Source: an uncultured Bacilli bacterium | Lineage (GTDB): Bacteria; Bacillota_I; Bacilli_A; RF39; UBA660 | Length of the DNA: 64,000 bases | Assembly: GCA_934099115.1 (NCBI GenBank) | Contig: CAKOPK010000003.1 | Location: forward strand, 24,409-88,408 | Direction of reading: 5' to 3' | Shown here: positions 56,275 through 64,000 of the stretch, piece by piece | How the letters are laid out: each line of letters starts with the position of its first letter | Position numbering within the stretch: the stretch's first letter is position 1 | Notes under the pieces: generated by a model | Told to the model about the DNA's origin: nothing | Seen by the model: only the letters and a program-made list of their open reading frames with translations | Databases searched by the model: none | Translations under genes and position numbers: made by a program

Positions 56275-56865
56275 TTAATTACTACTTAAATAATTAGTAA
56301 ACATCGTTTTAAAATTATTAAGTTTTATTCCTTTTCGATAATCAGTCCAATAATCCTCTGGAGTTAAATTACCAATCATAATAGCAGTTTCATTATCATA
56401 ATAAAGAATCTCCCCTTTTTTTACAATAATTAGCGTCGGGGCATTTATATTTTGTACGCCAACATCATTTGTAAGAACATAATTCTTTAATTTTAAAACA
56501 ATACTCTGATAAGTCCCATTTTTATTTTGTCTATCTTCATAAAAATTATAATACAAGACTTCTTTAATTCCTGTTTCTTTTGCGGCTTCATTTATAATAT
56601 TTGCATAATATCCACTCCATACATTTTCTGGAAATCCCATAAAAATAATAGCACTTCCATTTTTCATAATAGAATAAATATCTGTAGCATTCGAATAAAC
56701 AAAAACATTGTCTTTATTAACATTGGCATACTCAGAATCAAATTTTTCATTATCAACATTTATTTTATGACTAAAATCTCTAGTGCCTATATAAATAAAC
56801 GCTGCTATAATAAAAATAAATAATAAACCTTGTAATATTTTAATTGCCTTCTTATTCATAATCAT
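56275..56865 (-). CDS. hypothetical membrane-anchored protein, possibly a thioredoxin-like fold without CxxC
   Basis: 196 aa. N-terminal TM. AIIFMGFPENVWSGYYANIINEAAKE ... APTLIIVKKGEILYY resembles thioredoxin-fold topology, with NVWSG where WCxxC would be. Confidence 0.4.
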   Translation of the reverse strand: MIMNKKAIKILQGLLFIFIIAAFIYIGTRDFSHKINVDNEKFDSEYANVNKDNVFVYSNATDIYSIMKNGSAIIFMGFPENVWSGYYANIINEAAKETGIKEVLYYNFYEDRQNKNGTYQSIVLKLKNYVLTNDVGVQNINAPTLIIVKKGEILYYDNETAIMIGNLTPEDYWTDYRKGIKLNNFKTMFTNYLSSN

Positions 56866-57018
56866 TCACCACTTATTAGTATTATAACATCTTAAAACAT
56901 TTATATTAAATGAAAACCACTAAATTATGTTAAATAAGTGTCGAATATTGTTTTTTTCATAAAAAAAATTAAAAATTGGATGTTTTTATTTTTAGTTTAT
57001 ATGAACTTTCCTATAAGA

Positions 57019-57046
57019 TAAAAAAAGGAAACTCTGTTAGTTTCCT
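57019..57046 (-). terminator. intrinsic terminator of rpsB-tsf
   Basis: Minus strand AGGAAAC-TAACAGA-GTTTCCT followed by TTTTTTT. The tsf stop lies in the loop. Confidence 0.6.
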
Positions 57047-57915
57047 TTGATTTGATTCATTACTTCTTCAGCAAAGTTTTCATTTCTTTTTTCAATTCCT
57101 TCGCCTACTTCAAAACGAATCATACTCTTAATCTCACCATTATTATTTTTTACATAAGTTGAAACACTTATATCGCCATCTTTAATAAATGGTTGTTCTG
57201 CTAAACAAATTTCTTTATAGTATTTTTTAATACGTCCTTCTACCATTTTTTCAGCGATATCTGCAGGTTTTCCTTCAGAAACAGCTAATTCTTTTTGAAC
57301 AGCACGTTCACGTTCTACTACCTCTGCTGGAACATCACTTGTAAATACGTAAGCTGGTTTCATAGCAGCAGCTTGCATTGCAACATCTCTAGCTACTTCC
57401 TCATTTGCTCCTTTTAATACAGTTAAAACAGCAATTTTACCACCCATATGTAAATAAGAACCAAATACTTCATCATCTTGTTTTTCTACAATTCCTACTC
57501 TTCTTAGAGATAGCTTTTCTCCAATTTTAGCAGTCTTTGCAATAATTAAATCTGCAATAGTTCCATCTTCATATGGTAAAGCTAAAGAACTATCTAAATC
57601 AGTAGCATCACTATTTAAAATAATATTACCGATTGTATCAATCATTTCTGTAAATTCTTCATTTTTACTTACAAAATCTGTTTCACTATTTACTTCTAAA
57701 ATAACTGCACGATTACCATTAACATAAATATTTGCTAACCCTTCTGCAGCAATACGTGATTCTTTCTTAGCACTTTTAGCAATACCTTTTTCTCTTAGCC
57801 AATCTGTAGCTTCTGCCATATTACCATTGCATTCAGCTAATGCTTTTTTGCAATCCATCATGCCAGCACCAGTTTGCTCACGTAATTCTTTTACCATACT
57901 TGCAGTAACTTCCAT
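57037..57915 (-). CDS. tsf: elongation factor Ts
   Basis: 292 aa with an N-terminal UBA-like MVKELREQTGAGMMDCKKAL. Confidence 0.95.
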   Translation of the reverse strand: MEVTASMVKELREQTGAGMMDCKKALAECNGNMAEATDWLREKGIAKSAKKESRIAAEGLANIYVNGNRAVILEVNSETDFVSKNEEFTEMIDTIGNIILNSDATDLDSSLALPYEDGTIADLIIAKTAKIGEKLSLRRVGIVEKQDDEVFGSYLHMGGKIAVLTVLKGANEEVARDVAMQAAAMKPAYVFTSDVPAEVVERERAVQKELAVSEGKPADIAEKMVEGRIKKYYKEICLAEQPFIKDGDISVSTYVKNNNGEIKSMIRFEVGEGIEKRNENFAEEVMNQIKGN

Positions 57916-57931
57916 AATCTATCCTCCTATA

Positions 57932-58050
57932 TTACTTTAAATTTGTAATAATTTCATCTTTTTTCATTGTAGAATAACCTTTAACTCCTTGTTCCTTAGC
58001 AATAGTTTTAAGTTCTGTTAAAGTCATTTTACTATAATCTTTTTCTTCTA
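57932..58050 (-). repeat. copy B of the shared rplT/rpsB 3'-end module
   Basis: See copy A. 92 of 96 nt are identical by eye. Confidence 0.85.
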
Positions 58051-58903
58051 CTTTTTCTTCTTTTTCTACAACTTTTAGAGTCTCTTTTCTTTCTCCACGT
58101 TTATCATTTTTCTTAAATGATTTTCTTTCAGTTTTCTCAGTTTTATCAACGATAGGTTCTTTAATTACTTCATCCATAGTTTTTACTTTTTTATCTTCTT
58201 CAGTAACATAATCAACCATCTCTAATCCATGAGCTTCACAAATAGCATTATTTAAAACACCTAATAATACTTTAACGCTTCTTACTGCATCATCATTTCC
58301 TGGAATAACAAAATCAACATCATCAGGGTCACAATTTGTATCAACTACTCCAAATACTGGAATATTTAATCTTCTTGCTTCTCTAATAGCATTAATTTCT
58401 TTCTTAGGATCAACAATAATTAAAGCATTAGGTAATTTGTTCATTTCTCGAATACCTGATAAAATCTTATTTAATTTTTCATATTCTTTCTTTAAACCAA
58501 TTACTTCTTTTTTAGGTAAAACATCAAATTTACCATCTTTTTCCATATTTTCAATTTCTTCAAGTCTCTTAACTCTTCTTCTGATTGTACGGAAATTAGT
58601 TAAAGTTCCACCTAACCAACGTTCAGTAACGTAGTAAGAATTACTTCTTTCAGCTTCTTCTCTAGCAGCTTCTCCTGCTTGTTTTTTAGTCCCTACAAAT
58701 AAGAAAGTTCCACCATTATCAGCAATAGCTTTTACCTCAGCGTAAGCTTCCTCTAATTTTTTTGTAGTTTTTTCAAGATCGATAATATAAATATCTTCTC
58801 TAGTACCAAAAATGTACTCTTTCATTTTAGGATTCCATCTTTTAGTTTGATGTCCAAAATGAACTCCTGCTTCTAATAAATAACTCATAGAAACAACGGC
58901 CAT
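57932..58903 (-). CDS. rpsB: 30S ribosomal protein S2 with a roughly 85-aa C-terminal extension
   Basis: S2 core ([19 protein letters not shown]...) then a K/E-rich linker and ...[36 protein letters not shown]. Confidence 0.95.
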   Translation of the reverse strand: MAVVSMSYLLEAGVHFGHQTKRWNPKMKEYIFGTREDIYIIDLEKTTKKLEEAYAEVKAIADNGGTFLFVGTKKQAGEAAREEAERSNSYYVTERWLGGTLTNFRTIRRRVKRLEEIENMEKDGKFDVLPKKEVIGLKKEYEKLNKILSGIREMNKLPNALIIVDPKKEINAIREARRLNIPVFGVVDTNCDPDDVDFVIPGNDDAVRSVKVLLGVLNNAICEAHGLEMVDYVTEEDKKVKTMDEVIKEPIVDKTEKTERKSFKKNDKRGERKETLKVVEKEEKVEEKDYSKMTLTELKTIAKEQGVKGYSTMKKDEIITNLK

Positions 58904-59116
58904 AAATCATCCCATCCTTTCGTTTTTTACCTCTTAATACTTCATCATCTTTATCCACTACTTATAGTAGCACTCGGACAAAAACTCCATATTAATGCGT
59001 ATTTGCAATTTATTTGCCAATAGTATTATATTATAAATTAGTAAAATAAACAAGATAAAGTTGCATATTTAATAGAAAATATCTAGGAAATATGCTAAAA
59101 TAGACTTGTGATTGCA

Positions 59117-59368
59117 ATGAAAAATATTCTTATTAAATTAATACATTTTTATCAAGCATTACCTTTATCTAGCCATTCTAAATGTCGATTTTATCCTTCA
59201 TGTTCTAATTATGCCATAACCGCTATTAAAGAATATGGAGCATTCCATGGTTCTATCATGGCTATAAAAAGAATTCTTCGCTGTAACCCTTTTAATAAAA
59301 GCTGCGGTATTGATTTTGTCCCTCCTAAAAAAGAAAAACAAGAAATTACTTCTTGTTCGCACAAATAA
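59117..59368 (+). CDS. yidD: membrane protein insertion efficiency factor YidD
   Basis: The [11 protein letters not shown] motif. ORF track starts at GTG 59108, and ATG 59117 is more likely. The 3' end overlaps the convergent ORF by 23 nt. Confidence 0.85.
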   Translation: MKNILIKLIHFYQALPLSSHSKCRFYPSCSNYAITAIKEYGAFHGSIMAIKRILRCNPFNKSCGIDFVPPKKEKQEITSCSHK

Positions 59369-60086
59369 TACCTTTATCAGATATAAACTTAGAAGCCGTT
59401 ATAACACCAGTTTGTTTCTTAGTAAATTTACCATTTTTTAAAGTATAAGTATAATAAGCTTCTACTACTTCATTATCTTTAGCATTACAAATAGATACAC
59501 CTTTATAATTAATATCTTCTACTACTCTTGTAGCATATATCTTTATAGTATTATTATCATAACTAATAAAGTCTGTATAATCTTTAATACGCATATCTTC
59601 TTTATCAATATCATATTCTTCTAATACAATATTTCCTTCAGTATCTATCGCATATAAAGTAGTTGTTCTACCATTTGTTCCATCTGTTAAAGTAAAGATA
59701 ATATAATTATCCATGACTTGAAAATTTAAGAAAATTTTATAATCAATACTTCCCTGTTCTTCAATATTTAAACCATCTTTTTTATAAAACTCATGACCAT
59801 TAATAGTTGCCACTACTGTATTTGGATATCCATTTTCTTTAAAATTTTTAAAATCAAATACTAATTTTTGATCTTTTCCCCTTACTTTTAAAGTTTTTTC
59901 ACAGTGAGTTACTGTCGCTGTTCCTTCATCACAATCGGCAACCAATAATGCATTTTCACCTACTCTAACACGTATTCCTTCTACTCTTAAATGATTATCT
60001 CGGAATGTATGTGTGCTGGAATAAATTAGAAGTCCAACTAGTAATCCTACTCCTAAAATAACTCCTACTATTTTAATTCTCTTCAT
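59346..60086 (-). CDS. hypothetical membrane-anchored protein (246 aa)
   Basis: N-terminal TM ([17 protein letters not shown]), then a beta-rich ectodomain. No family recognised. Confidence 0.45.
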   Translation of the reverse strand: MKRIKIVGVILGVGLLVGLLIYSSTHTFRDNHLRVEGIRVRVGENALLVADCDEGTATVTHCEKTLKVRGKDQKLVFDFKNFKENGYPNTVVATINGHEFYKKDGLNIEEQGSIDYKIFLNFQVMDNYIIFTLTDGTNGRTTTLYAIDTEGNIVLEEYDIDKEDMRIKDYTDFISYDNNTIKIYATRVVEDINYKGVSICNAKDNEVVEAYYTYTLKNGKFTKKQTGVITASKFISDKGIICANKK

Positions 60087-60139
60087 TTCATTTACCTCCC
60101 TATATATTGATTATAAGTAAGAAAAGTAAAAATAACAAG

Positions 60140-61045
60140 CTATTTTTGCATTTTTTGTCTAGGATGAGCTTTCTTATAAACACTTTTTAATCGTTCTGAT
60201 GTAACATGAGTATAAATTTGTGTAGTACTAAGGCTACTATGTCCTAATAATTCTCCTACAGAACGTATATCTGCTCCATTATTTAATAAATCCGTCGCAT
60301 AAGTATGGCGAAACGTATGTGGTGTCACTTTGCTCTTAACTCCATGCTTTTCTGCAAGTTTCTTTACAATATTTTCTACACTCCTAGTCGTTAAAGGATT
60401 CCCACTCTTACTTATAAATAAATATTCACTAGTTATTCCACTTAATATTGCTAATCGGTGAACTTGCAAATATTCTTCTAATAATTTAGTATCACAAGCT
60501 TTATAATAAATCGTTCTCTCTTTATTTCCTTTTCCCAAAACTTTTAAAGAGCCATCTTGTCTTAAATCATTAACTTTAATATTTACAAGTTCACTAACAC
60601 GAACCCCAGTAGTATATATAAATTCAATAATAAGCCTGTTACGAAATTCTAAATCATTTTCTTTGGAGTTACTTGTAAGTATAGCCTCTATTTCATTATT
60701 ATTTAAAAAATTAGGTAACTTTCTAGCTATTTTCGGGTTTTTTAAATTCATAAAAGGATTCCCCACTAGCATTTTTATTTCTAGTAAATAATTATAAAAA
60801 CTTCTTACTGCACTTAAATGAAGAGAAGTAGTTTTATTTTCATATCCTTTAGCAATCAAATATGCTTTATAAGTATTCGCTTCTTCCCTCGTAACACCAA
60901 AAAAAGAAAGATGCTTTTTTTCTAAATAGTTTTTATATTCTTCTAAAACCTCTTTATAAGTTTCTTTTGTCTTTATAGAATAATTTAATTCCAAAATAAT
61001 ATATTCTAAATAACTATCTATATAGCTTTCCATACTATTTTTCAT
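60140..61045 (-). CDS. tyrosine recombinase XerC/XerD family
   Basis: 301 aa. N-terminal SAM-like core-binding domain and the catalytic residues R (TGVRVSE), HTFRHTYAT, LGHSSLSTTQIYTHV. Confidence 0.8.
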   Translation of the reverse strand: MKNSMESYIDSYLEYIILELNYSIKTKETYKEVLEEYKNYLEKKHLSFFGVTREEANTYKAYLIAKGYENKTTSLHLSAVRSFYNYLLEIKMLVGNPFMNLKNPKIARKLPNFLNNNEIEAILTSNSKENDLEFRNRLIIEFIYTTGVRVSELVNIKVNDLRQDGSLKVLGKGNKERTIYYKACDTKLLEEYLQVHRLAILSGITSEYLFISKSGNPLTTRSVENIVKKLAEKHGVKSKVTPHTFRHTYATDLLNNGADIRSVGELLGHSSLSTTQIYTHVTSERLKSVYKKAHPRQKMQK

Positions 61046-61502
61046 ATAAATAAAAATATAACTTTCTTTCTATAAAATATGGTAAAGCATTAATAGCCTT
61101 TATTAATTCTTCTGGAGTACTGCTCATCTTTATTTGTTGTAACTCTTTTTCTGTAACTTTATTATTTAAAAAATTAACAACTTTATTTAAATATATTTTG
61201 TTGTACTTTTTCTTAATATCTTCCCATAAATTAAATTTTAAATCTTTGGTCATTACATCTACTTTTCGAAATCTGCTTTTCTCATTATATATAACTACTA
61301 AAGACATATCATCCCTCATAGTTAAAAGATTAGCTTCTTTAATCGCATCTTTTAGCTCTTTTTCTGTATATTTTAAAGTATAGCTATCTAACTCTTCTAT
61401 TTTAGTTATTACACGATTTGGCGATATTTGCAAATCTAATAAATTAATTGGAAAATAATTTTTAGGTTTGATTTCAACCGCCAGAAAACATTTATTTTCC
61501 AT
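61035..61502 (-). CDS. hypothetical protein (155 aa)
   Basis: ORF overlapping the recombinase start by 11 nt. No family recognised. Confidence 0.4.
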   Translation of the reverse strand: MENKCFLAVEIKPKNYFPINLLDLQISPNRVITKIEELDSYTLKYTEKELKDAIKEANLLTMRDDMSLVVIYNEKSRFRKVDVMTKDLKFNLWEDIKKKYNKIYLNKVVNFLNNKVTEKELQQIKMSSTPEELIKAINALPYFIERKLYFYLYEK

Positions 61503-61568
61503 TTAAATCAACTCCTTATATAAAATTATAACATATTTTAACTAAAATAACACTTAATTTAAGCAATT

Positions 61569-61588
61569 AAAAAACCTGTAAAAACAGG
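61569..61588 (-). terminator. intrinsic terminator of the tRNA CAU-Leu pair
   Basis: Minus strand CCTGT-TTTT-ACAGG followed by TTTTTT. Confidence 0.6.
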
Positions 61589-61600
61589 ATTATTTCAAAG

Positions 61601-61685
61601 TGGTGCGCGTGAAGGGACTTGAACCCCCATGGAATTATCCGCTAGATCCTAAGTCTAGTGCGTCTACCAATTCCGCCACACGCGC
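61601..61685 (-). tRNA. tRNA-Leu (anticodon UAG)
   Basis: Minus strand GCGCGTGTGGCGGAATTGGTAGACGCACTAGACTTAGGATCTAGCGGATAATTCCATGGGGGTTCAAGTCCCTTCACGCGCACCA. Long variable arm. Anticodon loop CUUAGGA. Confidence 0.9.
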
Positions 61686-61692
61686 ATATTTA

Positions 61693-61769
61693 TGGTGGAC
61701 CTCGTAGGGCTCGAACCTACGACCGCCCGGTTATGAGCCGGATGCTCTAACCAACTGAGCTAGAGGTCC
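61693..61769 (-). tRNA. tRNA with CAU anticodon (Met, or lysidine-modified Ile2)
   Basis: Minus strand GGACCTCTAGCTCAGTTGGTTAGAGCATCCGGCTCATAACCGGGCGGTCGTAGGTTCGAGCCCTACGAGGTCCACCA. Anticodon loop CUCAUAA. The body resembles Ile-type tRNAs. Confidence 0.85.
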
Positions 61770-61780
61770 ATTGCTAATTA

Positions 61781-61809
61781 ATCATAACATAAAGCTGATT
61801 GAGTTTCAA
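61781..61809 (-). promoter_or_regulatory. promoter of the tRNA CAU-Leu pair
   Basis: Minus strand TTGAAA (61809-61804), 17-nt spacer, TATGAT (61786-61781) preceded by TGT. Confidence 0.6.
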
Positions 61810-61847
61810 GTAGTTAACGAAAAAATTTTAATTTTTTTGCATTCTAT

Positions 61848-61876
61848 TTGCAATATCTTCAACTATTTTGTATAAT
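61848..61876 (+). promoter_or_regulatory. promoter of the ttcA-like gene
   Basis: TTGCAA (61848-61853), 17-nt spacer, TATAAT (61871-61876) preceded by TG. Confidence 0.6.
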
Positions 61877-61893
61877 AAATCCATAAATGAGGA

Positions 61894-62727
61894 ATGCATA
61901 TGGAACAATATCAAGAGATTGAACGCTCTATTATCAAAAAATATCGTAAAGAAATATGGTGTAAATTTACAAAAGCCATTCGAGATTATCATTTAATCAA
62001 TGATAACGATAAAATAATGGTATGCATCAGTGGTGGTAAAGATTCTTTTCTAATGGCTAAATGTTTTCAAGAAATTCATCGTCATGGTAAGATTCACTTT
62101 GAAACTGTTTTTGTTGTCATGAACCCAGGTTACACAGAAAAACACTTAAATGAAATTAAAGAAAATGCTTCTAGATTAAATATTCCAGTTGAGATATTTA
62201 CCAGTGACATTTTTGCTGCTGTAGACTCCATTCCTTTTAAAAATCCATGTTATATGTGTGCTAGAATGAGACGTGGACACTTATACAATAAAGCCCAAGA
62301 ACTAGGCTGTAACAAAATAGCTTTAGGCCATCATTTTGACGATGTGATTGAAACAAATCTTTTAAGTATGTTTTATGGTTCTGAGATTAAAACAATGTTG
62401 CCAAAACTCCATAGTGAGCATTATGAAGAAATGGAACTTATTCGTCCTTTATATTATGTCCGTGAAAAAGACATAATATCTTGGGCAAAAAACAATCAAC
62501 TATCATTTTTAAATTGTGCCTGTAAAATGACAATTGAAAGTAGTATTCATGAAGAAAAAAGTAAAAGAAAAGAAATTAAAAATTTAATAAAAGAACTAGA
62601 AGCCAAAAATCCCTATATTATTTATAATATATTTAAAAGTATGGAGAATATTAATTTAACTCAAATATTAGGCTATAAAGATGATTCTGGGAAACATAGT
62701 TTTCTAGATAATTATGATGAAAGCTAG
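61894..62727 (+). CDS. PP-loop ATPase, TtcA-like tRNA 2-thiocytidine biosynthesis family
   Basis: The SGGKDS PP-loop, and CYMCARMRRG and NCAC Cys motifs. Start is more likely ATG 61900 (6 nt after GAGGA). Confidence 0.7.
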   Translation: MHMEQYQEIERSIIKKYRKEIWCKFTKAIRDYHLINDNDKIMVCISGGKDSFLMAKCFQEIHRHGKIHFETVFVVMNPGYTEKHLNEIKENASRLNIPVEIFTSDIFAAVDSIPFKNPCYMCARMRRGHLYNKAQELGCNKIALGHHFDDVIETNLLSMFYGSEIKTMLPKLHSEHYEEMELIRPLYYVREKDIISWAKNNQLSFLNCACKMTIESSIHEEKSKRKEIKNLIKELEAKNPYIIYNIFKSMENINLTQILGYKDDSGKHSFLDNYDES

Positions 62728-62731
62728 AGAA

Positions 62732-63751
62732 TTAAAGTTTCTCTAGCTTTTCTAATACTTCTTGAAAAGTACTTGCACTTATTATTTTAATATCATAATT
62801 TCTCTCTTTAGCAACCTTTTTAGCTTCTTCATAGTTCTCTAATGGACAAATAAATATTTCCGCTTTATTTTTTACTGCACCAATTAATTTATATTTTACT
62901 CCCCCAATTTCACCAACATTACCATCAATATCAATAGTACCAGTACCCACTATTTTTTTACCTCTAGTAATATCTTTATCCGTAAGTTTGTTATAAATAG
63001 TTAAGCTCATCATAAGTCCCCCACTGGATCCAGCTTCACTAGCCTTTGATTTCACTGTAATTTTAGGGTCTGAATCATATTCATAATTAGTAATTAAACT
63101 AACTCCTATTTTTAAGCCATCACTAGTCTTATAAACTTTCGCAGATGCTTCTTTTTCTTTATTATTTCTTTTTATCTTTATTTTTACAACATCATTTTCC
63201 ACGAAGGTATTTACTTTATTTTTTAAATCTTGTAAAGAAGAAATAGATTCTCCATTAACACTAATAATTTGATCCCCTATTTTTAAATCTGTAGAAGCAT
63301 CTTCCGCAATATAAGATACCTTATGAATAGTATTTGTAATAGTTAACTTTTTACCAGCTTCTTTATAAGCATTAATAATCGCTGCATCAATAGATTCTTG
63401 CATATAAAGTTTTTCTCTAGCAAGCATATCATCCATATTCTCTCCTTCTATAGTAATATTATCTTTCTTAACAATATCCCAATCTGGTATAATATAAGAT
63501 AATAATAAAAAAGGAGTAGAGCCTTTAACCATAGAAACATAAGCCATATTAAAAGAGCCTGTACTAGATGAACCATCTTCAACCATAATTCTCTCATTTA
63601 AGTCTACAGCTCCTCCAGGAGTATAAATAGAATAAGGAAGTTCTATCATAAATAAAAGGAATATAACGATTAAAGCAATTAAACTCTTATAATTGTCTTT
63701 CATAAAATCTTTAATTCCTACATATATTTTATTAATCATTTTTATTATCAC
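62732..63751 (-). CDS. PDZ-domain Lon-like (S16) protease YlbL/SepM type
   Basis: 339 aa. N-terminal TM, a PDZ domain (GDQIISVNGESISS) and a Lon-protease-like C-terminal domain (GSSGGLMMSL...GTGTIDIDGNVGEIGGV). Confidence 0.75.
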   Translation of the reverse strand: MIIKMINKIYVGIKDFMKDNYKSLIALIVIFLLFMIELPYSIYTPGGAVDLNERIMVEDGSSSTGSFNMAYVSMVKGSTPFLLLSYIIPDWDIVKKDNITIEGENMDDMLAREKLYMQESIDAAIINAYKEAGKKLTITNTIHKVSYIAEDASTDLKIGDQIISVNGESISSLQDLKNKVNTFVENDVVKIKIKRNNKEKEASAKVYKTSDGLKIGVSLITNYEYDSDPKITVKSKASEAGSSGGLMMSLTIYNKLTDKDITRGKKIVGTGTIDIDGNVGEIGGVKYKLIGAVKNKAEIFICPLENYEEAKKVAKERNYDIKIISASTFQEVLEKLEKL

Positions 63752-63782
63752 CTAATAAATTATATCAGATAATGAGGTTTTT

Positions 63783-64000
63783 ATGAAGGAAAAAATACTT
63801 AATTTTACTTTTTGTTTCTTTTGCTTTTTTGCTCTTTACATTATCTTTAATCAAAATAAAGAAATAGCCAGCCTAATTACATCAGGACTTAACCTCTTCT
63901 TTAAAAGAGTATTTCCTTCTTTATTTCCCATGTTTATTTTAAATGACATTTTTATTTATGCTAGAATACCTCTAATATTTTATTATTTATTTCGTAATTT
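63783..64000 (+). CDS. YlbJ-like sporulation integral membrane protein, 5' part (runs off the right edge)
   Basis: Not in ORF track. MKEKILNFTFCFFCFFALYIIFNQNKEIASLITSGLNLFFKRVFPSLFPMFILNDIF... The VFPSLFP(F/M)FIL pattern and divergent placement next to ylbL match Bacillus ylbJ. Confidence 0.55.
   Translation, partial: MKEKILNFTFCFFCFFALYIIFNQNKEIASLITSGLNLFFKRVFPSLFPMFILNDIFIYARIPLIFYYLFRN

Noticed and set aside
60140-61769. A tyrosine recombinase next to two tRNA genes, considered as the edge of an integrated mobile element.
   Set aside because: The recombinase has the full XerC/XerD architecture and size. The flanking genes (yidD, rpsB, ttcA-like) are core genes. I saw no direct repeat of a tRNA 3' end and no phage or conjugation genes.

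Overview
Very AT-rich, low-GC Firmicutes-type chromosomal segment. It is mostly housekeeping genes, and most of them are on the minus strand. The standard genetic code applies: TGA is used as a stop, for example in the ATGA overlap at 35208-35211. Gene order resembles Bacillus: relA-dtd ... hisS-aspS, rnc-smc, comEA-comEC-holA, lepA-hemW, rimM-trmD, sufC-sufD-sufS-sufU, infC-rpmI-rplT, rpsU-yqeY and rpsB-tsf ... frr. Sporulation and germination genes are scattered through the window: spoVB-like, ftsW/spoVE-like, spoIIIAH-like, gerE, gerM-like, a SpoIIID-like HTH protein, a YjcZ-like micro-protein and ylbJ. I found six tRNAs by eye in three minus-strand clusters (Lys-Ile-Glu, Arg, and CAU-Leu). 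I also found two T-box leaders (hisS operon, serS), an L20-type attenuator upstream of infC, a CIRCE-like operator upstream of htpG, and several near-consensus sigma-A promoters and intrinsic terminators. The one clearly accessory locus lies at about 51.0-54.5 kb. It has a C39-peptidase ABC exporter followed by three tandem short ORFs, all below the ORF-track cutoff, and each begins with a double-glycine leader. A divergent tandem-XRE regulator and a 64-aa membrane protein flank it, and it sits between rpsU/yqeY and frr. This is my best candidate for an undescribed peptide (bacteriocin or pheromone) system. The second notable item is that ribosomal proteins S2 and L20 both carry a nearly identical C-terminal Rho_N/HeH-like tail. 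The two tails are encoded by about 96 nt of roughly 96% identical DNA, 9 kb apart. Several proteins are unusually short for their families: AlaRS 583 aa, SMC 981 aa, and a SufD-like protein of about 214 aa with no sufB. All calls rest on reading the sequence and recalling family motifs. No database search was run.
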